Positions 43,048 through 55,700 of a stretch of DNA of 64,000 bases are shown here, piece after piece. The notes under the pieces are model-generated. The model had not been told where the DNA came from. It saw nothing but the letters and a program-made list of their open reading frames with translations, and did no database searches. Position numbers and translations under genes: made by a program. Each line of letters begins with the position of its first letter. Within the stretch, counting starts at the first letter, position 1. Source of the stretch: the human T2T-CHM13v2.0 reference genome, Homo sapiens; the NCBI RefSeq assembly GCF_009914755.1, contig NC_060925.1. One strand, given 5' to 3'.

Positions 43048-44633
43048 TCAAAAGTCAAATTTCTGTCATTAGCAGGTACACATCTCCAAGCTGTTTACTT
43101 CTCCAATCAAACCCTGACTGATAGATACCTTGGGGTATGATGATAAAGCCATCTTGTCTAGGGGCAGTGGCTCAAGCCTGTAGTCCCAGCATGTTGGGAG
43201 GCTCAGGCAGGAGGATCGCTTGAGTCCAGGAGGTCGAGGCTACAGTGAGCTATGGTCATGCCACTGCACTCCAGCCTGGACATAGAGTGAGTGAGACCTT
43301 GTCTCTTAAAAAATAATAATAATAATAAAGACATCTTCAGGTGTGAGTCAGCTTTGCAGTGGGCGAAGGTGCTATAGTCTAGAATTGGTTGGTACGTAGC
43401 GGTTCTGGTATCCATATCCACATCATTATAGCAGGGCCGTCAGGATAAAACTGGGGTAGATTCCAGGGCTCTGAGAGAATATTTGGTCCTGGGGATCCTC
43501 CCTCCCCAGCCAGACACGACCGCAGGCCCAGAAGCCAGTGTTACCCTGTGTATCTCCCTTGCAAGCACCCAGGTATGGCCCCAGCTCAATTTGAGGAGGG
43601 GAAGGAAGGAGAAATGTTCCACAAAGAGGTGCCAATGGAAACCCATTTTGAAGAGAGGAAATTAACTGTTTCCCAAATAAAAATAAAGTCACACCCTCGC
43701 TTATGCCATAAACAATTTTCAGGTGGATTAGGGAGAGACTTTAAAATAATTGAAATATAGGAAAACTTTTTATTGATTCCAGAATAAGAAAGTGCTTTGT
43801 AAGCATAGGAAGAAAGCGTTGGTAGTATCTGGGTAGAATGATACAAAATTTTTGGTGGCCTTCTGGCAATATACCTCAGAGGTTTTAATTTTGTCAAAGA
43901 TTTGACTGAGTCTCTAAGCATTTATACTAGAAAAGTAACCGAGATGCACAAAACATTCTGCATGAGGGCAGTGATCAAAGCATTATTTACAATAGTAAAA
44001 AGTTATAAGCATTGTAAATGTCCCCCAGGAGAACATCTGCCTTCAAATAATGTTTCCAAGAAACTTTAACTGTTTAAAGACATGAGGAAATGTCTGGTGG
44101 AAGACGGCAGTTTAACCTGTTTACACTCACTGGTTTCTTCTTCCTTTGAAGATCTCACTAAAATAATCATGAATGAATGAAAACATAGAAGACCCATAGG
44201 GACAAGTTGATCAGGAGAAGCTCACTCAAGAGATTACAACAAATCTTTGAAAGAAAAAAAAACAGAGAAGAGGTAACTGATAAGTCACGGCAGAGAGAGC
44301 TACAAGAGGACGGATGGCAGGGTCTCTGGGTAGCAACCTGGGACTCTGCTGAGGGCCACCAGGGCTGGGATGAGGATGGAGTGGAAAACAAGAGGACGGG
44401 TTAAGCAGCTGTATTGTAAGACTTCTACTCCAGCTAAGATTAAGTAAAAAGGATCAAATTTACCCTCCCTCCTGAAACAACTGAAAAATCTAGACAAAAT
44501 GGATGGAACCACAATTTCCAACATTAGCCAACAGGCAGCACAGGATAACAGGCCCTAAGAGGGGACAGAGCGAGGTGGGTCCAGGCAGGGGCCAGTAGTC
44601 TCCCTGAGGAGATAGAGCCAGAGTCCCAGAGCC

Positions 44634-45035
44634 TGTTCTGGGCTGAGTCCTGACACTTTCCTACCCCCAAAATCCATATGTTGAAGTCCTAACTCCCAGT
44701 ACTTTAGAATGTGACCAGATTTGAAAACAGGGTCTTTAAAGAGGTGATTGAGCTAAAATGAGGCCACAAGGGGGTCCCTAATCCAATCTGACTGACGTCC
44801 CTATAAGAAGAGGAAGTCTGTACACACAGACACCAGGCTGCGTGTGCACAGAGGAAAGGCCATGTGAGGACATAGCAAGGAAGTGGCATCTGCAAGCCAC
44901 AAGGAGAGGCCTCAGGAGAAACCAGCCCTGCCCATACCTTGACCTCAGAATTCTGGCCTCCTGAACTGTGAGAACATAAATGTCTGTTGTTTCAGCCCAC
45001 CAGCCTGAGATATTTTATTATGACAGCCCAAAGCA
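44634..45035 (+). mobile_element. MLT1-family LTR
   Basis: CCAAAATCCATATGTTGAAGTCCTAAC...GGCCATGTGAGGACA...GGCCTCCTGAACTGTGAGA...GACAGCCC. Confidence 0.8.
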
Positions 45036-45630
45036 AGCTGGCTGGAGTTCACAGGGCAGAAGACTGGAGAGGAGGAGGGAGCTGCAGAGGGCTGCAGAGT
45101 GTCTTCGTCAGGACTGATCAGTGCACAAGGGCAAGAAAACTACCTAAGACATGGGAAAGAACCACCCAAATTGCAGGAGAAAAAATCAGTGGAGCTCACA
45201 CAAAGCTGGGAATAGGTCGCTAATAGCCAGATCAGAAAACTTCACAATTAATGGGACATAGAGAAGAGGACAAGAAGGACACAGAGATGGCCAAATGAGC
45301 CCTTGACTATGAGTCACTCTGTGCTTGTTGAAAAACACTCAAAAGCAGTCTTTGAAAGGATCAGATTGCATCCCAAAACAAAGCTCAAAAACATTTAAAG
45401 AAATAACATTCAACAAGGTGAAGTTCACAATGCCAGACATCCAATCAAATATAACTAGGCATGCAAATAAACAGGAAAATATGACCCATAATGAGAAAAA
45501 AAATTATCAACAAAAACAGATCTAGAAATGAAAGAGATAATATAATTAGTAGATAAGATCACTTAAGCAACTGTTACAAATATACCCCACATGTCCGAGA
45601 AGATAGAGGAAAGCAAGAGTATACAAAGGA

Positions 45631-45910
45631 GGTCTGGGCGCGGTGGCGCATGCCTGCAATTCCAGCATTTTGGGAGGCCCAGGTGGGAGGATGGCTTAAG
45701 GTCAGGAGGTTGAGACCAGCTTGACCAACATGGCGAAACCCTGTCTCTACTAAAAATACAAAAATTAGCTGGGTGTGGTGGCAAACACCTATAGTCCCAG
45801 CTACTCAGGAGGCTGAGGAGAATCACTCAAACCTGAGTGGTGGAGGCTGCAGTGAGCCGAGATCATGCCAATGCACTCCAGCCTGGGTGACAGAGTGGGA
45901 CTCTGGTCTC
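45631..45910 (+). mobile_element. Alu
   Basis: Alu consensus with the tail lost. Confidence 0.88.
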
Positions 45911-47942
45911 TCATACAAGAGGGAGCACACCAGACCTGATTGGCAAATTATTGTGCATGTCTGTCCTAAGCTGCCTGAGGGCTAGGGAGAGGTGCCTGAA
46001 GGACTCATACAAGGTGCTTGTCTTTGTTTTGCCTAACTCAGAATGCATATGGAAACATGGCAGATATTGTGTGTGTATATATATGTATATATATATATAT
46101 CTACTATATATATAAAAATACTCTAATATTATATATATAAATATATATATGTCTGTAGTGTATATGTGTATGTGTGTGTATATATATATTACATTTTACA
46201 GTTTCAGAGAAAGTTTGATATTTATCTAAAATTTTTCAATGTATGAACTTTTTCATTTGACAAACCATAATTGTACATATTCTTGGGATACAGAGTGATA
46301 TTTCTTTACATGTATAGAATGTGTAGTGATCAAATCAGGGTAATTTCCACTAATTTAAAATGCCACCTTTATGTTATTGTAATTTATATATATACTATAT
46401 ATATATACACACACATATATATACATGTCCACATACAGTGTGTGTGTGCACAGGTACACACATGCATATGTGTATATAATGCCCAGTATAAGCAATGTGC
46501 ACAAATAAAATTAGCTAACAGAGATAGTATAGAGTGAGAGGAGAGGCAGATTAATCTTTGAGGAAAAGCACAATTTTATGGCTGCATGGAGAAAGCTGAG
46601 GTGGTTTCTAAGATGGAGAATAAGACGAAAAATGTAAGTACGTTGTTTGACTGAATTCAAGAAAGAAGGGTAAAAGAGAAGAAAGTAGTGGTCTTATCAT
46701 TAAATGCCACAGAGAGGTAAAGATAAAAACAACATATTGTTTTGGGTTTAGTAATTTAAGGGTTACCAAATTCTGTTTTGGAGGAGGAACAGATTCCATG
46801 TCCACTAGAATGGAATGAACAAGAAATGGAGGAGGAAAACAGGTAGTTTTTCAAAAGTTTTCAAAAATATGAAAAGAAGAAATGAAATGGTACTTGGAAG
46901 AGATTGTTGAAATGGGAGAGACTATGGTGGCTTGTTTAGAAGCAGTTGAGATAGATCCAATTGAGATAGAGATATTGACTATATAAACAAAAGAATGACA
47001 AATTAATAGTGTAATGGATAACTTGACTTTGGCAAATATTGTGAATTTTTGTGAAAGTACAACTAAAAGGTAATGTCACTCCAATAATCACCAGAGTAAT
47101 CAATTTGCTTATTGCTGTCCCTTTAAATATAGTTCTCTGGTTTTAACTAACATATTTTTAACTAATGATGCTTCTTAAAGAAAAGGGAAAAGACCTTTTT
47201 CTTTCTTTCAGTCTTCAATGATTCACTGCTTCATCTCGCTCCACCAAAGATAAATGAAATCTACATCTCTTATACATTAACAATGCATGACAATTTATAA
47301 ATAGCTAAATTTTTGGAGCTAACTTTAAGTACCTGAATGGAATTTAATCAACCCACTAATCTCCTTCTCACTTCTCAGTTATCAAGTTTATGTCAAGGGA
47401 CAAGGAAAAATTATCCAAACATTGTTTAAAACAATCATCATTAATTAGTAACACTTATCCAGGGGGGTTTTTAACCTTTCCCCCACTCAAGGATTATTCT
47501 AATGTCAGAGTAGAATAAAAAATAAGTGCAGCGATGCTGACTCTTCCAAGCTTAACATTTCTCACAAGTCAATTAGCTTTGTACTGGGAGGAGGGCGTGA
47601 AGGGCTGCTTGCGGTAGTTATGTAGCAGCAGCACAATGGCCGCAGACAAGGAAAACAGTTTCTAGGAATTCCTCGTATATAATTTTATATTTTTGACAAG
47701 ATTAATGACCCATGCTCCCTTCCTCTCCATTTCTTTTTTAGGAATTCTGTGTTGGTATGTAGTTACTATATTTTATTAAAGGAAATTAGCCTTATCTCAT
47801 TATATTTTATTAAAGAAAATTATTATATTATTCCTTTATATTTTTATTAAAGGAATTTATTATTATTAAAGGAAATTAGCCTTATCTCTTATTATATTTT
47901 TTATGACCTTCAAAGTAGTGTCTCTGCTTAAAAGTGTACCCT

Positions 47943-48238
47943 GGCTGGGCGTGGTGGCTCAAGCCTGTAATTCCAGCACTTTGGGAGGCCGAGGCGGGTG
48001 GATCACGAGGTCAGGAGATCGAGACCATCCTGGCTAACATGGTGAAACCCCGTCTGTACTAAAAATACAAAAAATTAGCAGGGCACAGTGGCGGCCGCCT
48101 GTAGTCCCAGTTACTCAGGAGGCTGAGGCAGGAGAATGGCGTGAACCCAGGAGACGGAGCTTACGGTGAGCTGAGATCGCACCGCTGCACTCCAGCTTGG
48201 GCGACAGAGCAAGACTCCGTCTCAAAAAAAAAAAAAAA
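47943..48238 (+). mobile_element. AluY-type element with a target-site duplication AAAAGTGTACCCTG
   Basis: GAGATCGAGACCATCCTGGCTAAC and GGAGAATGGCGTGAACCC diagnostics; the TSD is visible on both sides. Confidence 0.92.
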
Positions 48239-48371
48239 GTGTACCCTGAAGCACACATCAAGCGACATGTAGAGTTCATAAATTCTGGCCAAATGGTCAT
48301 ACCTCAAACCTAATCAGCACTAAGGCTCTTTACTTGCACTGACAAATATGAATGCTGGGGAATTTGGAAAT

Positions 48372-48660
48372 GATATATAATATATAATATTATATATATA
48401 ATAGATATATAATATATAATATTATATATATAATAGATATATAATATATATTATATATATAATATTATATATATAATAGATATATAATATATATTATATA
48501 TATAATATTATATATATAATAGATATATAATATATATTATATATATAATAGATATATAATATATATTATATATATAATAGATATATAATATATAATATTA
48601 TATATATAATAGATATATAAATAATATTATATATATAATAGATATATAATATATAATAAC
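48372..48660. repeat. AT-rich minisatellite (ATATAATATTATATATATAATAGAT-like units)
   Basis: ~290 bp of almost pure A/T with quasi-palindromic units. Confidence 0.93.
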
Positions 48661-49464
48661 TGTAGGGAGTCACCATCCCTACAGAAAAATACATGAATTA
48701 GCCTAGTGTGGTGGCATTTTCCTGTAGTCCCAGCTACTTGGGAGGCTGAGGTGGGAGGATCACTTGAGCCCAGGGAGGCTGAGACTGCAGTGAGTCATGA
48801 TCAGGCCTCTGCACTCCAGCCTGGGTGACAGAGTGAGACCCTGTCTCAAAACAACAAAAAAGTAGCAGCTAACATCAACTGACCTTTCATACCAGGTGCC
48901 TATTGATATCATAGTTTAATTTCTTATAACTGTTTCTTATTTCACTTACCAACTCTGTCTTCAGTTACTCCCAGATTTTTACTGTGTTTGTACAGATGAC
49001 CTTTTGTTTAGATTGAATTGTCTCCCCAGAAGTAAGATTACTGTGAGACATGGTGAATGGACATTCTCATTACCCTTGATGTAAATTGACAGGGTTTTGT
49101 GTGCCTCCCAGCTATAATCTTAGCACTTTGGGAGGCTAAGAGAGGAGGATTGCTTGAGGCCAAGAGTTGGAGGAGGCAGTATGGCAGTATGGTGAGACCC
49201 TGTCTCCATTATTTTAAAAAATTGACAAGCCTTACCCGGGAAGGCTTATACACAATTTAAACACCCCTCACTATGTAGTATAAGAAAGTGCCCATTTCAC
49301 TGCACCTTTGCCAGCACAGGGTATTATAATTTGGTAAGTCATTTTTTGTTTGATTATTTTAAATAGATAAAAGACCTCATATTACTTTACTTGTCACATT
49401 TCAACATCTTTCCTTAGCTTATTAGCTCTATTTCTTTTCTGTCTGTAAATGGTTGTTGTTGTTT

Positions 49465-49745
49465 TGTTCTTTGAGACAGGGTCTTGCTCTGTCACCAGGC
49501 TGGACTGTAGTGGCATAATCATGCCTCGCTGCAGCCTTGACCTCCCAGGCTCAAACTTCAGCATTCCGAGTAGCTGGGACTACAAGTGTGCACCACCACT
49601 CCCAGCTAACTTTTTTCGTTTTTTGGATAGAGACAGGGTCTCACTGTGTTGTCCAGACCAGTCTCTAGCTCCTGGCCTTAAGCAATCCTCCTGCATTAGC
49701 TTCTCAAATTGCTGGAATTTCAGGCATGAGCCACCATGCCTGGCC
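49465..49745 (-). mobile_element. Alu (J-type), antisense
   Basis: Reverse Alu consensus, diverged. Confidence 0.85.
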
Positions 49746-52700
49746 TGGGCTAGTCCTGTATTCTCTAGAGTTCTCTTTACTTTGTGCTAGCCAATCTCTC
49801 ATTATGCTGTTCACCTGTTATAATGAATAATTCTCCATATTAAATTTTACCACTTTAAACTTTTGAGTGGTTTATGCTTCCTGATTGGACTCTGACTAAT
49901 ATGTTAGGAAGAGTCCCAGGAGATAAACCCACACAGATGGGATTTGGGCCTAGGTTTGGTTTCCCAGGGGGCAGTGCTGAGCTCTTTGCCAGTGGGAAAT
50001 GGGATGCTGGTGATTTCCAGGAATTGACCTCACAGTGACTCAAGCTACCACTTACTGTTGATTGTGATGAAATGCCAGCTGAGGCACATGCCTTGGGAGC
50101 TAAGTGGTTGCTGCCCTTGACCACTATGAAGACCGGTGTGGGAATGTGGGAAGGGTCGCTTTGGATGCACTTGAGCAGGGGTCCCCAACCCCTGAGCCAT
50201 GGAGCCGTAAGGAGCCACACAGCAGGAGGTGAGTGGTGTCGAGTGAGGGAGTGAGGGAAGCTTTGTCTGTATTTACAGCCACTCCCCTTTGCTCACATTC
50301 CCGCCTGAGCTCCACCTTCTCAGATCAGCAGCAGCATTAGATTCTCATAGGAGAACGCACCCTGTTGTGAACTGTGCATGTGAGGGATCTAGGTTGCGCT
50401 ATCCTTATGAGAATCTAATACCTATTGATCTGTCACTTTCTCCCATCACGCTCAGGTGGGACCATCCAGTTGCAGGAAAACAAGCTTAACACGCCCACTG
50501 ATTCTACATTATGGTGAGTTCTATAATTATTTTATTATATATTACAGTGTAATAATGGAAATAAAGTGCCTAATAAATGTAAATGTGCTTAAATCTTTTG
50601 GCCCAGCTCCTACCTCCCAGCAGCCTCTCCAGGCCCAGAACTTTCTCCAGTCAGCCTCTACAGACCAAGCTCATGACTCACAATGGCCTATTTAGGCCCA
50701 TACCCTACCTCACGGCAGTCTCCGCAGATGAGCCTACTGCCTCACAACAGCCTCCACAGGCACAGCTCCATCGTTACAATGGCCTCTTTAGACCCAGCTC
50801 CTGCCTCCCAGCCTTCTCTCCAGGCCCTGAACTTTCTCAAGTCGACCTCACCAGGCCCAGCTCATGCTTCTTTGCAGCCTCTCCAGGCCCAGCTCCTGCA
50901 TCTTGGTGGCACCTCCAGGCCCAGCCTCTGCCTCCCGTCGGCCTCTACAATCCCAACATCTGCCTCACAGCAGATTCTTCAGGCCCAGCATCTGCCTCAC
51001 TGTGGACCCCCCAAGCCAAGCTCCCAACCTTTCAGCAGCTTCTACACACCCAACTCCTGCCACCCAGTGGCCTCTTTAGGCCAAGCTCATGCTTCACAAG
51101 GGCCTTTCCAGGCTCAACTTTTGTCTCATGGCAACCTTTCCTGGCCAGATTCCTGCCTGTCTCCCAGCAGCCTAGACAGGCCCAGGTCTTGCCTCACACT
51201 GGCCTCTCTACATCCAGCTCATGCCTCACGGTGGCCTCTCCAGGCCCAACTCCTGTCCCAGGACGTCATCTCCGGGCCCAAAACTTACTCAAGTCAGACT
51301 CTCTAGTCCCAACTGCTGCCTCCTGGTGGCCTATGAAGGCCCAAAATCTCCTCAAGTGGACCTCTCCAGGCCCAGCTCCTGCCTCCTGTCAGCGTCTACA
51401 GGCCCAACCTCTGCCTCATGGGGGCTTCTCCAGGCCCACCTCTTCCTCTTGGCTGGGTCTACAGGCACAACTGCTGCCTCACAACAGCCTTTTTTGGCCC
51501 AGTTCCTGTCCAGCTCATGGCGGCCAATGTAGGCCCAAAACTTCCTCAAGTCAAACTCTCCAGGCCCACCTTCTGCTTCCCGGTGGCATGAACAGGCCCA
51601 GCTTTGACTTGAGAACAGCCTCTGCAGGCCCTGCTCTTGCCTCCCAGGGGCTTTTTCCAGACCCAGCTCCTGCCTCATGGCAGCTGCCCCAGGCCAAATT
51701 TCTGCCTGCCTGCCAGCAGCCTCAACAGGCACAGCTCCTCCCTCACAGTGGCCCATTTAGGCCCAACTCATGACTGTCGGGCCATTTCCAGGCCTAGTGC
51801 CTGCCTCGTGGCTGACTCTTGAAGCCCAAAACTTCCTCAAATCAGCCTTTTGCCCAACTTCTGTCTACTGTCGGACTCTACAGGCCAGCCTCTGCCTCAC
51901 AGTGGACCCTCCAGACCCAGATGGTGTCTCACTGTGGCATCCTCAGGCGAAGCTCCTGCCTTTCCGCAGCCTCTACAGGCCCAGCTCCTGCCTTGCAGTG
52001 GCCTCTTTAGGCCAAGCTCATGCCCCATGGCGACTTTTCCAGGCACAGCTTTTGCCTTTTGCAGCCTGTCGAGGCCCAGAATGTCCTTAACTCGGCATCT
52101 CCAGGATGAGCTCATCCTCCCAGTGCGTCTACAGGCCCGTCTCCTGCCTCACAACAACCTCCTTTGGCCCAACTCCTGCTGAGCTGCTGGCAGCCTCTGT
52201 AGGCCACAGAATTCTTAAGGTAAAGCTTTCCAGGCCCACCTTTGGCCTCCCGGCAGGCTCAGCAATCAAACTATTCCCTCACTGCGGCCACCGAAAGCCA
52301 AGTTTCTCCCTGCCTCACGGCATCCTCCGAAAACTGAGCATTTGCCTCACGGTGGCCTCCCCAGGCCATGAATCTGCCTGCCTCCCAGGCAGCTGCTGCC
52401 TCACAATGGTCTCTTTAGGCCCAGCTCATGCTAAAAGATGGACTCTCCAGGCACAGCTCTTGCCTCCTGGCAGCCTCTGCAGGCCCAAATTCTCCAAAAG
52501 TTGGCCTCTCCTAACTCAGCTCCTGCCTCATGTCTGCCTACACAGGCCCAGACTCTTACCACACAGTAGACCCTCCAGGCCCACCACTTGCCTGATCATA
52601 GCCTCCTAAGGCCAAGCTCCTGCCTTTCGGCAGCCTCTACAGGCCAAGCTCCTGCCTCGCAATTGCCTCTGTAGGCCAAGATCATGCCGTGAAGTGGCCT

Positions 52701-55700
52701 TCCCTAGCCTAACTTTTGCTTTTTGACACATACTCCAGTCCCAAAACTTCCTCCAGTCAGCCGGTCCAGGCCAAGCTCTTCCTCCCAAAGGCTTCTGCAG
52801 GCCAAAATCATCCTGAAGTCACCCTCTGCAGGCGCAGCTCCTGCCTCCAAGTGCTGTGTAGGCCAAGCTAATGCCTCACAGCACACTTTCCAGGCTGAGC
52901 ATTTCCTTTTGTGCATCCTCTCCAAGCCCTGAACTTACTCCAGTTGGCCTCTCCAGACCAAGCTCTCCCTCCCAGTGGCCTCTACAGGCCAAAATTGTCC
53001 TCAGGTCAGCCTCTCCAGGGCCAACTCCTAGCTACCGGTGGCTTCTGCAGGCCAAAATCGACCTCAAGTCAGCCTCTTCACACCCAGCTCTTGCCTCTGA
53101 GTGGCCTCTCCAGGAGCAAAACTTTCTCAAGTCGGCCTCTCCAGGCCCAGCCTCCTGCTTCCCGAGGGCATGTACAGGCCCAGCCTCTGCCTCACAGCAG
53201 ACTCTTCACACCCAGCTCTTCCCTGTCTGCGGCCTCTCCAGTCCAAAGCTGCTCCTGCCTTTTGGCAGCTTGTACAGGCCCAGCTCCTCCCTCACGGTGG
53301 CCTCTTTCGGCCCAACTCATGCCTCTTGCAACGTGCCCAAGTGTCAGCTCCTGCCTCACACTGGCCTGTTGAGGCCCAGCTCATGCCTCTCGTGGCCTCA
53401 ACGGGCCCATCCCCTGCCTGTCGGCGGCCTCTACAGGCCCGGCCTCTACCTCACAGTGGGCTCTCCAGGCCCACCTCTTCCTCACCGTGGCCTCCTGGGG
53501 CAATGCTCCTCCCTCTCGGGAGCCTCTGTGGGCCCAGCTCCTGCCTCCCAGTGGCCTCTGCTGGCCAAGCCCGTGCCTCAGGGCAGCCTTTCCAGGCCTA
53601 GCGTTTGCTGCTTTGCATCCTCTCCAGGCCCTGGACTTCCTCCAGTCGGCCTCTCCAGGCCCAGCTCTTCCTCTCGGCGGCCTCTGCAGGCCCAGACTGT
53701 CGTCAAGTCGGCCTGTCCAGGGCCAGCTCCTGCCTCCCGGCGGCCTCTGCAGGCCCAAGTCGTCCTCAAGTTGGCCTCCCCAGGCCCAGCAACGGCCTCT
53801 CGGCGGCCTTTCCGGGTGCAAAAGTTCCTCGAGTCAGCCTCTCCAGGCCCAGCTCCTCCTGCCTCCCAGTGGCCTCTTTCGGCCCAGCCCAGCTCATGCC
53901 TCCCGGCGGCCTTCCCAGGCCCTGCTTTTGACTTTCGGTGGCCTCTGCAGGCCTCGACAAGGCCAGGCCTCCTGCCTCCCAAAGGCCTGCACAGGCCCAG
54001 CCTCTGCCTCACAGCAGACTCTCCACGCCCAGCTAGCTCTCGCCTCACTGCGGCTTCCCGAGTCCAAAGCTCCTGCCTCTCAGCCGCTTCGGCAGGCCCA
54101 GCTCCCGCCTGCCAGTGGCCTCTTCAGGCCCATGGGGCTCATTCCTCACAACGGCCTTTCCAGGCCCAGTTTTTCCCTTCCGGCGGCCTCTCCGGGCCCA
54201 GAACCTCCTCAAGTCGGCCTCTCCAGACCCACTTGCAGCCTCCGGGCGTCCTCTCTGGGCCCAGCTCTTCCTCCCGGCTGCTCTCCAGGCCCGACTCCTG
54301 CCTCTCAACAACCTTTTTGGACTCAGTGCCTACCCATCTCCTGGCGGCCTTGGTCGGCCCACAGCTTCCTCAAGCCAAGCTCCCCAGGCCCAGGTCAGGC
54401 CTCACGGTGGCCTCTCCAGGATGAGCTCCTGCCCTCCGATGGCATCTGCAGGCCCCAAATGGTCTCCGGTCGGTGGGCTCCTCCACGCCAAGCTTGGGCC
54501 TCCCGGCGACCTCTGCAGACCCAAGTTGTCCTGAAGTCGGCCTCTCCCGGTCCTGCCTCCCAGCAAGTAAGCAAGCTCTTTTGGCTCAACTCCTGCCCAG
54601 CTCCCAACCGCCTTTGTAGGCCCCGAACTTTCTCCAGCCAAGTTCTTCGGGCCTAATTCCTGCCGCCCGGTGGCCTGTACAGGCCCAGCACTGGTTGGAG
54701 AACAGCCTCTGCAGGCCCCGCGCTTGCCTCCCAGGGGCCTCTCCAGGCCCAGCTCTTGCCCCCATGGCGGCCTCCCGGGGCCAAGTCCCTGCCTGCCTCC
54801 CGGCAGCCCGCGTGCGGCCCAGCTCCTCCCTCACGGTGGCCTGTTGATGCCCAACTCATGCCTCTGGCACCCTGCCCAGAGGCGTGAGCCCTTGCCTCAC
54901 ACCGGCCCCTCCCATGCTGACAGAGGTCAGCCTGAGCCCCTATTCTCACACCGGCCCCTCCCAGGCTGACAGAGGTCAGCGTGAGCCCCTGCCTCAACAG
55001 GCCACCGTGAGGGAGGAGCAGGGTCGCACGCGGGCTGCTGGGAGGCAGGCAGGGACTTGGGCCTGGGAGGTCGCAGTGGGGCGAGAGCTGGGCCTGGAGA
55101 CACCCCTGGGAGGCAACAGCTGGGCCTACAGACTCTCTTCTCCAGCCGGAGCTGGGACTGTTCAGGCACTGGGAGGCGGGATGTGGGTCTGAAGAGCTTG
55201 GTTGCAGAAACTTCGGGGTGTACAAAGGCTGGCGGGAGCTGAGCCGAAAGAGCTTGTTTGCTGGGAGGCGGGAGATGCAGCCAGGAGGAACAGCTGGGCC
55301 TGCAGAGGTGGCCATGCAGGAGGCAGAGGCCGGGCCTCCTCAAGTCGGCCTCTCCAGACCCACTTGCAGCCTCCCGGCGTCCTCTCCGGGCCCAGCTCTT
55401 CCTCCCGGCTGCGTCTCCAGGCCCGACTCTGGCCTCCCAACAACGTCTTTGGACTCAGCTCCTGCCCAGCTCCCAGCGGCCCTGGTAGGCCCACAACTTC
55501 CCGAAGCCAAGCTCCCCAGGCCCAGCTCAGGCCTCACGGTGGCCTCTCCAGGATGAGCTCCTGCCCTCCGATGGCATCTGCAGGCCCCAAATGGACTCCG
55601 GTCGGTGGGCTCCTCCACGCCAAGCTTGGGCCTCCCGGCGACCTCTGCAGGCCCAAGTTGTCCTGAAGTCGGCCTCTCCCGGTCCTGCCTCCCAGCAAGT

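Noticed and set aside
47520-47680. GC-richer island resembling a small RNA or exon
   Set aside because: No tRNA, snRNA, snoRNA or Y RNA hallmark was recognised, and boundaries cannot be supported.
52871-54424. 517-aa ORF in the GC array
   Set aside because: Overlapping long ORFs exist in several frames, it lies downstream of many ATGs, and nothing suggests dedicated initiation. Not called as a CDS.
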